The notes beneath the pieces are model-generated. The model was not told where the DNA came from. It saw only the letters and a program-made list of their open reading frames with translations, and searched no databases. The translations under genes were made by a program, and so were the position numbers. From NCBI GenBank assembly GCA_020353515.1, contig CP070695.1, forward strand, positions 1,077,584 to 1,141,583: a stretch of DNA of 64,000 nucleotides, in the 5' to 3' direction. The DNA is from Candidatus Heimdallarchaeota archaeon (GTDB lineage Archaea > Asgardarchaeota > Heimdallarchaeia > Hodarchaeales > Hodarchaeaceae). Of the stretch, positions 42,039-52,500 are shown piece after piece; the first letter of the stretch is position 1, and every line of letters starts with the position of its first letter.

Positions 42039-42545
42039 CTAATCTCGGTCTTTTCGTGATCTTTTCCATAGAGGAACAGAGGAAAAACGGATTCGGTACC
42101 GCTTATTCATCATACGGAGTATATCTTTCCGAACTTCTGGTACTAAAGATTGTTGCTTTGCACTAAGACGCTTTCTTAAGGCTCCCTCTTTTGAAATTGT
42201 AATGATTCCCAGCCCTGTTTCCTCAGCCCATGACACTTGTTGTCGTTTTGTTTCTGAGGGGAGTGAGTCGAATGCCTCATCAGGACATACTAAATAACAG
42301 TAATCGCAAAAATTACAATACATTGCGGGATGTTTTACATGTAATTCTGTTTCTGCTTCAAAAAAATAAATTGAACTATCAAGCTGATTAATTGCTGCTA
42401 GATCAATCCTTAATTGATCTTGTTTAATCATTTTTTGGAGATCTAAATGCTTTGAAGTGATCGTTAACTCAGGATAGGTCTGAAACTTAAGCTTGTCTAC
42501 TATTACATCATTAAGATGATTGACTAATTCTGCCTCGGATTGCAT
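42039..42545 (-). CDS. PD-(D/E)xK-fold protein, MmcB-like
   Basis: E..L, RIDLAA, YFFEAE, YCNFCDYCYLVCP, GLGII. Confidence 0.6.
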   Translation of the reverse strand: MQSEAELVNHLNDVIVDKLKFQTYPELTITSKHLDLQKMIKQDQLRIDLAAINQLDSSIYFFEAETELHVKHPAMYCNFCDYCYLVCPDEAFDSLPSETKRQQVSWAEETGLGIITISKEGALRKRLSAKQQSLVPEVRKDILRMMNKRYRIRFSSVPLWKRSRKDRD

Positions 42546-42575
42546 ACTGACTCAATAATTATTTGGTTTTGATCT

Positions 42576-42630
42576 ATTTATATTCGAAAAAAACGATCAC
42601 AAAGCTGGACTGGACTTTTCGGATTTTTAA
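42576..42630. promoter_or_regulatory. Divergent promoter pair with weaker copies of the variant motif (TTTTTTCGAATATAAAT on -, ACTTTTCGGATTTTTAA on +)
   Basis: TTTC immediately upstream of each TATA-like box. Confidence 0.4.
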
Positions 42631-42685
42631 GCCTCACAAGGAATACCTAGATAGATGATAACAATTATTCATTGGTGAGATAATT

Positions 42686-42961
42686 TTGACGAGCGATCCT
42701 GAAATTCCAGTCTTTAATTCTCCCTTTTTGGATGAAGTATTTTTCAACAGCCCTTTATGTCAAATTTGTGAGTATGCGAGTTTATTTGGCGGAGTTTGTT
42801 CACTTCTTCTGAATCGACGGATTCCTGTGAATTTTACTGTGAAACAATCGCAAATTGTGAGCTGTTCCGCGCATCGTAATTGGTTGCAAACTTTGGATGG
42901 TGAGGATTCTTCATTTTGGGAGGAACTGGGTGAAAACCAAACTCATCATGATCCAGGATAG
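42686..42961 (+). CDS. Small Cys-rich protein
   Basis: GGTGA RBS with TTG start; CQIC..C..C. Confidence 0.65.
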   Translation: MTSDPEIPVFNSPFLDEVFFNSPLCQICEYASLFGGVCSLLLNRRIPVNFTVKQSQIVSCSAHRNWLQTLDGEDSSFWEELGENQTHHDPG

Positions 42962-42966
42962 GTTAT

Positions 42967-44874
42967 ATGATGACAACCATGGAAGTATCTCCTCCCTCTG
43001 ACAAACTAAAATTTGATCCATCCTTACAAGAACAACTTCTTCTTCCAAAGGTTCACGATCATAATTTACTAGTAATTTACTCATCAGAGGAAGCTTTAAT
43101 TCGGATTCAATCTCTTATCATCCTTTTTTATCTAACCCAATCTGATCCCCAACCATCAAGAATACTTATTTTAACTAAGAAGAATCAGCAACAGAAGTTT
43201 CAAACGATACTAAAAGCTCATTTAACTCAACTTTCAACCATTCTCAACGGAACTATCCTCCCTTATGCCCGAAAGTTCGATTATAATAGGTTTCGAGTAA
43301 TCTTTTCTACAGCAAGAACGACAAAGAACGATTTGATAGAGGGTTTCTTTCCACATGATCATTTTTCTCTCATTATCGTGAATCATGCTGAAGGAGGCTC
43401 ATCATCCAGTTCTCTAAGATATCTTGTCAATCATTTGACCAACTTTCGAGTTGTTGGGTTTACTCAGGTGACTAATTCAGACCGATTAAGAAGTGTTTGT
43501 AAAAATCTACACTTTCAGGAGGTAGTTCAGTTAGAAGAACCTGTTACACACCTGGAAAAATCACATATCCAACACTACTCTATTCCATTACCTCAAGAGT
43601 ATTTTTTCATACTGGAAATCTTAGATCAGATCAAGTCTCATGAATTGGATGAACTGGAAAAACTTGGATTTGATGTTTCATCTAGAAGTGCTTATCGTGA
43701 GATTACAGCAATTCATGAAAGTCTTAAAAAAGACAATAATCCGAAAGCACTCATCCGTGTAAGTAATTTACTCAGGATTATGGTTCTACAGAAGATTGTG
43801 ATTTCCCAGGGCTTTCTAGCAGTTCAAAATTATTTTAAAGCTCTTCAATCTCGTGTTGAACAGGAACAAGACTTTCCAGGAAAGCGGACCATTTTTGAGT
43901 TCCTAACTGACATGAAAATTCTGAAGCTTCGCGAATTCATCAGCATACATAAGGATCTGCAACATCCAAAGGTGCAAATGCTTCTCAAACTTATCTCCCA
44001 ATATAAAACAGGAATTTCTATAGTTAGTCATAACTACCATAATTCTGCTTTTTTAAAGGATTATTTAGGTCAGCAAGGGTTTTCAGTTATCCAAATAGAG
44101 GAACCCATCAGTTCTTTGACTGATCTTAACCTTCAACGCGCCCTTTTACCATTTACTGAAAAGAAAGTGAGTATCTGTATAACTAATACTGTTCATGAAC
44201 TAATAGCTCGTAATGCTCTGGTAATTATCGCTTACGATGTTAATGCAGGCATTGTTGAGTCCCTTAATAGTATAGATGTTGATATCCCCAGAGTCTTCTT
44301 ATTAGCAAAGCAAACAAATGAGGAGGCACGGTTTTTTTACTTAAAAAGATTAGGATCACGACCTCTTCATCAGATTGAGAAATTAGATTCCATAAATGAG
44401 AGTTTACCTTCTAATTCGAGAAGTCAAACGAGAAACAAGGATGATGGTGACTCCCCCAAGATAGAGAAACATGATTCCCCTTCATTAGTTTTCAACTCTT
44501 CTTTATTCGAGGTTGGGATTCCATATCTCTTTTCCAAAAAGAATTACACTATCCAGTCTAGTAATGAAATTTCCTTTCCTGGCTTCATTCTTGGTAAAAA
44601 AGTCTGTTTTCTGATTCTCCTTCCAGATAGTGTTGATTTTTTTCTATCTGCAAAACCTTCTCAACTCTTTAGCATGCTAATAAATGAATTTACCCAGATT
44701 CATTTAATTTTCTTCTCTCACAGCTTTACTAATCTCAGTTTTGACTACCAATGTGAACTCCTTCATACAGCAAATCGACATAATGTATGGATTTCATTTT
44801 TAACCAAGGAGGAAGATCTTTCAAAGTTGGTTAAACGAGTACTTACCAATTCTATCTATGAAGGTTTATCATAA
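42967..44874 (+). CDS. Degenerate Hef/FANCM-like (SF2 helicase + ERCC4) protein, predicted catalytically inactive
   Basis: Hef layout retained (VIFSTARTTKNDL, FSLIIV, HPK, VIIAYD) but Walker A reads YSSEEAL, DEAH reads NHAE, TAS reads TQV, and no ERK nuclease motif is present. Confidence 0.65.
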   Translation: MMTTMEVSPPSDKLKFDPSLQEQLLLPKVHDHNLLVIYSSEEALIRIQSLIILFYLTQSDPQPSRILILTKKNQQQKFQTILKAHLTQLSTILNGTILPYARKFDYNRFRVIFSTARTTKNDLIEGFFPHDHFSLIIVNHAEGGSSSSSLRYLVNHLTNFRVVGFTQVTNSDRLRSVCKNLHFQEVVQLEEPVTHLEKSHIQHYSIPLPQEYFFILEILDQIKSHELDELEKLGFDVSSRSAYREITAIHESLKKDNNPKALIRVSNLLRIMVLQKIVISQGFLAVQNYFKALQSRVEQEQDFPGKRTIFEFLTDMKILKLREFISIHKDLQHPKVQMLLKLISQYKTGISIVSHNYHNSAFLKDYLGQQGFSVIQIEEPISSLTDLNLQRALLPFTEKKVSICITNTVHELIARNALVIIAYDVNAGIVESLNSIDVDIPRVFLLAKQTNEEARFFYLKRLGSRPLHQIEKLDSINESLPSNSRSQTRNKDDGDSPKIEKHDSPSLVFNSSLFEVGIPYLFSKKNYTIQSSNEISFPGFILGKKVCFLILLPDSVDFFLSAKPSQLFSMLINEFTQIHLIFFSHSFTNLSFDYQCELLHTANRHNVWISFLTKEEDLSKLVKRVLTNSIYEGLS

Positions 44875-45063
44875 CCGTAATGTCTTCTCTTTCGACCAAT
44901 GCATGCGAAGGATGTTCTCTCTAAGGTTCAGACGAAGGAAGAATATTCTAAAATGAAGAAAATACTGACCTGATTATCAAGTATGCCCAGAATTCTTTTT
45001 CATAACACTTATTAGAACCAGTTTTTTCAATAGTTCATACATTTCAATAGAGGGTAGCTTTCA

Positions 45064-46590
45064 ATGAATAAAAGGAAATATTCTTTTTTGTTATTAATTG
45101 GATTTTTCATTGTTTCAATATATTCTAGAAATCATAATATGAACATTTCAATTATTCAAGAACCAAAACCCTACGAAAAGAAGAATGTAATTGTATCCTT
45201 TCAATTAGAACCTCATAATCCGATTTTAATCGATGGAAATGCTGATTTTATCGAGAAAGCAGCATTAGAAGGCTGGGATCTAGGTGGTACACAAGATGGG
45301 ACCGCTTCCAAACCGTACATAATTTCTGATCTTTCTATTACGGGTTCTTCAGATCAGGATCTTATTAGTATTTCTAATAGCGATGTGTACTTTAAAATCC
45401 TAAATAATACTATTTCAGGGGGAGATAACGGAATCAGTTTATACAATACTAGCAATTGCAATATTGAATCATCATTTCCGAGAGAGGTCCCCTTTTGGTA
45501 CGGATGAGTTTTCAGACTTTTATTCTTCTCATATTACTCTACCTCCTAGTACCAAGTACTGCGTCCATGAGAAGTGATGTTGAGGGGGATCTTTCTCTCT
45601 TAGATCACCCCTCTATAACTAAAAATCCAAGAATACCAGTTTGTTCCTCAACTATCAGTCAAAATCAGCCTCATTCACCTATTAAGATAGTCAATAACTC
45701 CGATTTTGGGAATCAAGCAGCTGAGGATCAGTCCAGACGCAAATGGAGATCTTACTGTTGATATTGCTTATTCTATTGCTGGGGGCGCAAATAACTTGGA
45801 TCAATCCCCCTCTACTACACGAAATCATCTTGTACTGGGTGTTTTACTCAATCCTAGGATAGGAGAAATCCTATCGGGCGAGGTAACAGTTCAATGGATC
45901 GCGATTGATTTACTTGAACATAATATCACGTATTCTGTCTCTTACTCTCCTGATAGAGGAAAAAACTGGATTTTACTAGAAACAGGATTGAGAAATCCCT
46001 TCTATACATGGGATACAACGACTGTAGATGATGGTGCTCAATATCTTATTCAAATAATAGCGTATTGTAGTGAAGGAGCGAGGTGTGTCTTTTCTTCTGA
46101 TATTCCCTTTACTATTGACAACTTACGTCATATCCATCATTTCTCCATATCTACACCTGGAAATGGAGATGTTATTAGAGGAACAATTAATATTTTATGG
46201 ACGGGAGAGGATGTTTTTGGTCATTTGGTGACTTTTAACGTCTCATTATCATCTAATAAAGGCGTAACTTGGATCGACATAGGAACAACCACGGAATTGT
46301 CGTGGCTTTGGGATAGTACTACCGTACCAGACGGGGATCGGTATGTGATTCAGGTCACGGCTCTCTGTAGTGAGGGGTCATGGTGTACGCCCTCTAGAGT
46401 TGCTTTTTCCATAGCAAATTGGCCTGACTGGAAGCTATCTAACACTCTCACCTCTCCATCTCTCACTAGCTTTGATCAAGCTGCTCCCCTTCTTAACACA
46501 ATACCACTTATCCAGCTTCTAGAGTTCGGTAGTGTTTTGTTCTTCGTTCTCACTCTTGTGATTGTAGTCCGATGTCAGCAATCAAAGTAA
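45064..46590 (+). pseudogene. Fragments of two NosD/beta-helix plus Ig-like surface protein genes (45064-45507; 45495-45761 plus 45706-46590)
   Basis: Two signal peptides and two HxPIxI..NxDF starts, both truncated; the third ORF carries two YSxDxGxxW..WDTTTVxDG repeats and a TM. Confidence 0.7.
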
Positions 46591-46604
46591 CGAAGAGATA
46601 ATCT

Positions 46605-48350
46605 TCACTGTAACTTAAACACTCGGTTCATTTTTGCGAAAAAGAGGTCATAAGCATTGTATAATGTTTGAAGATTACGATAAACATGGGTGGGGGGTAA
46701 CAGTGGTCTCATTTTGATGGCTCGATAGTCTAAGATTAAGCTGGCGGCAAAATCCGACTCGGATCTGATCCCTCGTCCAATAGCTTGTGATATTCCCCGT
46801 GTGACTGGTAACATGGACAATAGTTTAGCCATACGGTACCCCCATCTTTTAAGATAAAGAGATCTGAGCAGCTGGTTAGAAGCGTCTGGTCGGGGATATG
46901 GAAGACCTGCGATAATAATCAAGGATAAGAGGCTTCGTTTTGTTTTAGAATCTAGGATTTCTATTCCTTCAGATAACCTACCTCCAATCACACCAAAAAT
47001 GCACTCATGGTTCTTCTGTCTTAATTCATCTAAGAAGAAAGGTGTGGTACCTGGGTTTTCAATATAAACGTCTGGTAAAGAGATGTGAGCTAATAATTTC
47101 TGTTTAAATTCATGAGAAGTAGTAAAAACGATGGTATGGAAGGGATTACTCGAATGCAATCGTTCAATGACTGCTGCCATGGTTTCATACGTCCTGACGC
47201 TTCGCTCCGAGAACTTAGAGGTGAAATTTCTTTGATAGAGGATCCCATTCAGACTGAACTGGAAATCTGAAGGAATTTGTAGAGTAGCGTAATTCACATC
47301 GAAAAGCGCTTTGTATAAGGCAAGGGGGGTAAAAGTTCCTGACATTAGGAGTACCCTGTCGAAAAAATTGTTTATAAAATTAAATGCCTGATGGGGATAG
47401 GGATTTAGCTGAATTAATTTGTTTTTTTTCTCTGATACCCAGATATCCCCTCTAGATATTAGAAAATCTTTAACCTTTAACAGTGTCGCTTTCTCAACCA
47501 GTGTCAAGTTGTACTCGTGATCTAGGAAAGCATCCAAAGAAGCTGCAGACAGGTTCCTCGGTCTCTCCACTCTCCCGTTCTGTGATAATATTAGCTCTTG
47601 TAAGCTATCGATTACTTTCAATGGGATTATAGCTTGAGCTTTGTTTAGTTCGTGTAATGTGATTTCTGCTTCAAAGTCTGCTGTAAAATTATGTCCTTCG
47701 TCAATTATTGCCATTTGGTGAGGAAATGAGCTTTGTGAGATTAACTGGGAAAACATGTCTTGAAGGTTTTTACTCCTCAGGTAAGTCTGAGTAGTAACTA
47801 CAATGTTTGAATAGGGAATGCATCGTTTTATAATGTGATATGGACAACCAAACTCTCTGAAAGCCTCTTTGAATGTATCTATGGTGATGGAACCTTCATG
47901 GGCAGTAATTGGTATTTGTTCTACAATCGCAGGAAAATCTTCTTCTGGAACCGACTTTGCTTGTTCTAGGAAAGGACATCGAATCTGTTGACAGATGTTG
48001 TGATAGAATTGAGGGATCTCGTCTCGTTTTATACACAGATCCGCTTTCAAGATAAGAGGTAGGACGGTTAAGTAACCATATTTCTTACTATTCGCAATTT
48101 TAAAAATTTCCTCCAGAAAAACTCGGAATACTTGGGTCTTTGTTCGTACAAATATAAACAACTGATAATTTTTTGACCTCACCAAGGGAAGAGCATGAAT
48201 TAACGCCATAATCGTCTTCCCAAATCCAACTGGGGCGTGAATCATTGCCTTAGGATTTTTTTCGACAAATCGAAGGAATTTTGTTTGATAAGTGCGCAGT
48301 TCTTTGTGGGGAAAGAGCTGAAGTGCTGGGGGAAGATTCGTGTCAATCAT
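46605..48350 (-). CDS. XPD/Rad3/DinG-family Fe-S helicase
   Basis: APVGFGKT, four Cys ending in GCPY, IDEGHN, SGT, GRLSEGI, QAIGRGIR, LDYR. Confidence 0.9.
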   Translation of the reverse strand: MIDTNLPPALQLFPHKELRTYQTKFLRFVEKNPKAMIHAPVGFGKTIMALIHALPLVRSKNYQLFIFVRTKTQVFRVFLEEIFKIANSKKYGYLTVLPLILKADLCIKRDEIPQFYHNICQQIRCPFLEQAKSVPEEDFPAIVEQIPITAHEGSITIDTFKEAFREFGCPYHIIKRCIPYSNIVVTTQTYLRSKNLQDMFSQLISQSSFPHQMAIIDEGHNFTADFEAEITLHELNKAQAIIPLKVIDSLQELILSQNGRVERPRNLSAASLDAFLDHEYNLTLVEKATLLKVKDFLISRGDIWVSEKKNKLIQLNPYPHQAFNFINNFFDRVLLMSGTFTPLALYKALFDVNYATLQIPSDFQFSLNGILYQRNFTSKFSERSVRTYETMAAVIERLHSSNPFHTIVFTTSHEFKQKLLAHISLPDVYIENPGTTPFFLDELRQKNHECIFGVIGGRLSEGIEILDSKTKRSLLSLIIIAGLPYPRPDASNQLLRSLYLKRWGYRMAKLLSMLPVTRGISQAIGRGIRSESDFAASLILDYRAIKMRPLLPPTHVYRNLQTLYNAYDLFFAKMNRVFKLQ

Positions 48351-48369
48351 TGACTATTTCTCTGGTTGT

Positions 48370-49392
48370 CTACTTCGAGTAATCCTGAACTCCTTCACCA
48401 GTAATTGCAAACTCAATTTTACCGTCAGGAAGTTCAGGGCTTTTCGTTAAGGTTGCAGTACGTTTAATTGCTTTTCCCTTTCTGATCATCAGTCTTGATG
48501 TAACAGTATGACCAACAACGTTGCCTCCTACGGGCTTATTAGGGTCACCGAAGAACATAGCATCAGGTTTCGCCGAGACTTGATTAGTTACGATCCCCAC
48601 GCAATTCAGAATTTCAGCCTGCTTGGAAATGAATGAAAGGTGTTTTCCTATTAACTGTTGTCTTTCAGCTAATGTTCCACGTCCAGCAAATTCACTTCGG
48701 AAGTGAGCCATAAGAGAATCAACGATAATCAATCCAACATTGGGGACCATTGTCAAAGCTTCTTCTGTTAGAGCCATTTGGTGTTCACTATTGTAGGCTC
48801 GTCCAACAGTGATTCGTGACAGCACTGTATCAGGATCCATACCAGCTGCTTCTGCTATTTGGACAATCCGATTGAATCTGAAAGTACCTTCGGTATCAAT
48901 CCACACCACATCTTGATCTAGGAATTTCACACAATTTATTGCTAGTTGGTGAGCTATTTGGGTTTTTCCACAGCCATTTTCCCCTGCTAGTTCAGTGATA
49001 CTACCTGTTTCAAAACCTCCACCGAGTAGGCTGTCAAAAGCTTGAGATCCCGTAGTTAATTTGACTCGTGTCTTTGCTGAGGCTTCATACTCTGATCCTT
49101 TTTTCAATCCAAGATCAAATCGAGCTCTTGCCTCTCGAATTAACAGAGCCGCTGTTTTCTCTGCAATGCCCGAAATCTCAGTTAATTGAGCTTTCGTTGC
49201 TAATGCGATTGATTCCTTACTTCCATACCCTGCTTCCTCCAAACGTTGGCGTGTGGTAGGGCCAATTCCAGAAATTGTTTTTAAGAAAGGTTTTTCTGAG
49301 TCAGTTGTTTTCTTTTGACTCTTTTTTGGTTTTTCTGTCTCACTGATTGCTTTAGGAGGAATTCCTTTTTCTTTAGATTCTACTTTTGCCAT
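48370..49392 (-). CDS. radA: RadA/Rad51 recombinase (divergent)
   Basis: HhH N-domain, LLGGGFETGSITE, GENGCGKTQ, IDTEGTF, DSLMAHFRSE, GRGTLAERQQ, TNQV. Confidence 0.92.
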   Translation of the reverse strand: MAKVESKEKGIPPKAISETEKPKKSQKKTTDSEKPFLKTISGIGPTTRQRLEEAGYGSKESIALATKAQLTEISGIAEKTAALLIREARARFDLGLKKGSEYEASAKTRVKLTTGSQAFDSLLGGGFETGSITELAGENGCGKTQIAHQLAINCVKFLDQDVVWIDTEGTFRFNRIVQIAEAAGMDPDTVLSRITVGRAYNSEHQMALTEEALTMVPNVGLIIVDSLMAHFRSEFAGRGTLAERQQLIGKHLSFISKQAEILNCVGIVTNQVSAKPDAMFFGDPNKPVGGNVVGHTVTSRLMIRKGKAIKRTATLTKSPELPDGKIEFAITGEGVQDYSK

Positions 49393-49434
49393 GATAATTC
49401 ACTTTATCCTATTTTCAACTAATTGAACAAATAA

Positions 49435-49500
49435 TCTGAGATAGATTTCCTCCCTCCCTTTTATATTCAGAATCGCCCCCTCACAATTTCTAGTATTTAA
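49435..49500. promoter_or_regulatory. Back-to-back variant promoters for radA (CGATTCTGAATATAAAA on -, 49459-49475) and the surface-protein operon (CAATTTCTAGTATTTAA on +, 49484-49500), plus ATCTATCTCAGA (-, 49435-49446)
   Basis: Motifs read directly; 8 bp apart in opposite orientation. Confidence 0.65.
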
Positions 49501-49519
49501 GGGTCATCAATCATCAGGA

Positions 49520-52500
49520 GTGAGATTATTAATAGTACTAGAGGCCGTCAGTATGTCTCGAGTTTTAGGAAACTACTCTTATAAATTATTTCTCATGAGC
49601 GTTTTTCTTGTCTTAATATTATCTGCCTTTTCTCCAACAACAGCTGCCCCAATAGCTACCTCTACTACCATTTTATCTGATGTGGGAGCTGTTGGGCCTG
49701 GTGGGACAATTCAATTCACTGTCTGGGTTTATGCAGATTTTGATCCTGTCCCCACAGGTCCCATCAGAATCACTCATCTTAACGATACTGATGAATATAT
49801 TGATACTACGATCCTAGCTGGTAAGGTAATAGTTAACTGGACGGTAAATAGTTATTCAGAAGGCGTACATGTCTTTCAAGCAGCATTTCAAGGATTTTTA
49901 GATTATTCTTCTTCCTCAGGTATTTGTTCTGTCAATTTCGACGATTTTTCTCCTGGTAGTTCTAAGACCACTATTATTTCTCTCTCTAGTAATTCCACTG
50001 TTGTGTACAAGAACTCTTCTATTCAATTTTCAGTTGATTTAGAAATTATTGGAGAGTTACATCCTCACTTTAGGGGAGGATATATTTACGTTAAGAATAC
50101 CAATCTCAGTGGATCTCCAACCATCTATTCTCATGGGCCTCTTCCTCTCCATATTTCTGCAGTGTATTCTTTTTCTTTTGATTACCAAATACCTACTTTT
50201 TCCTCCATTGGGGTTAATTCATTTATAACAGAATACACTGGGAGTTCAGAATCCCAAACAAAGCCCTGTACGTCATCTCTTCATAATATTACAGTATTGA
50301 GTACTGGTTATTTGTTAGTTCAGAATTTGGATCATAGTTCCCTCCAGCGTGAAGAAAGAACTCTAGAACTCAATACTACGGTACTTGGGGATAATCCAGT
50401 AGGATTGGAGTTAAAAACTTACTATATCCTTAATGAAGAAGAAATTATCATTCAAGATCAGATCCTCGAATCCCGGAACACTGTATCTCATTTCTCACCT
50501 AATAGTTCGGTACCGACTGGCATTTTATCAATTATCACAGAGCTAATTGATCCAAGTACAGAATTACAATATGCTAATGCAACGGAAAATGTATCAATTA
50601 TCGATCGAGCACGAATTGACCATTCTGAGAACGCTACTGAATATAGACATAATGAAACCATCCGTTTTGATGTTTATGTTACCGAAGAGGACGTTTGGAC
50701 GCATCCTGTTGTATCTGAAGTCGAACTAATTGATGTTACCGATAACAATCGTTCTGTCATTAATAAAACCACAAATCAGGATGGATTTGTGATAATTGAA
50801 TATACTATTCCTGGAAATTCCACGGTTGGAAATCATGATTTCAGTTTAAAGACCCATGACTCAGGTTCATTCATTGCTGACATTTCCGAAACATTCCCCA
50901 TCGTTATTAAGGGTTTGACGGAATTTGATTTGACTTATGAGAGTGGAGGAGTGGAAAGGAATTCCATCACCATCATTGAGGTAACAGTTCTCTCAGGAGG
51001 TAATCCAATTAGCGAAGGATTCGTTACATTGGAATTCGCTAGTAATAGCACGGTTATTGAAACCCAAGCGTGTGAACCTGGACTTGAATTTCATTACTTT
51101 ATCAAAACGTCGCATCCGCGTGGTGATATGGATTATCAAGTTCATTTCTTTGGTTCAACCAATTATGATGAACATTTAGAATCATTTGTTCTCTCAATAT
51201 TTTCTAATCCAATATTCAATACTACGGGTCAAAATGCAACAAATGTCATTAAAGGGCATACAGTACGGATTTGGGGCCAATTAGTTGATGAATCCTCACA
51301 AATCCTTGCTAATGAAGAGGTACAACTGACAGACACCTCGACTGGTATCTTTTTAGGAACTAGCATTACAGACGCGCAAGGTATTTTTGTCTATGATTAC
51401 TATATCTCAGACTCTACCCAGATTGGATTACATTTCGTCGAAATAGCTTATACTGGGAATCCTCTAGAATTCTACCATTCAGCAGTCAACACTCCCGTCT
51501 TGAGCTTCACTGTGAGACCACCACTATCTATTTTGATTGATACTGAGGTGGTTGCAGAGTATTGGACAATTATTGTTTTGGAAGGTGGATTAAACGATGA
51601 AATATTGTTAGAATGGCAAAAGGAGGGGGAATCTGATTGGGAAAATCTTGGGGTAATTATTCTTAATTCCACTGGTCAGGGTTCTTATAACTGGACCACA
51701 CCTTATTATAAGGGCGCTTTCACTATTCGGGCAATAGGCCCGAATGGTACTAAATATGATGTTTCATCAATGTTCGCAATCCCGAAGATAGTTGTAGAAG
51801 GTGATGAAATCGGTAATGTTAATGATCCCTATCCTTTTACAGTTAATTCTTCAGAACAATACCAAATTTGGATAGGAGACCAGCTGTGGCAAGACTGGAG
51901 GGCAGGTGGCGTACATGAATACGAGTATACCTTTACAAACCGTGGAATTAAAGAACTCCTCATAATTAGCAACAATTCTTACGTCTATTATCAAGAATAC
52001 CGACATTCTCTTCTGGTTTTTGAGGATGTATTTATTACACTGTCAGCCCCTCTTGAAGCTCTAGTAAATATCACTGTGAATTTAGATGGTACAGTTATCG
52101 GGGAGGTTTCTGGTCCGATACAGGCAATGGATGTCATCTTAGAGGTAAATGGGACTGAAGTGCAGGTTGACTCGACTGATGGTGCTGGAAATTACTATTT
52201 CTCACTCATTTTCGATGTTCCTGGTCATTATAACCTTATGACGAAAACTCCCCTAAGTGCAACCGATTTTTATATTGCTAGTTTCAGCGATGTTTCGATT
52301 ATATCGATTAGGTCGAATCCTGCTGATATACAAATATTAAATCCTTTAAATCGAACTTACAGAGCCATTGTTGAAATCTCCCTTACTGGGAACGCGGAGA
52401 GTTATTGGTATCGTATTGCCCCCATCGATTCAAAGAATCTTTCTTGGTCGGCTCCTATCTTTCGAGAGTTAGTGGAGGGGAATTATACATGTCATTTCTA

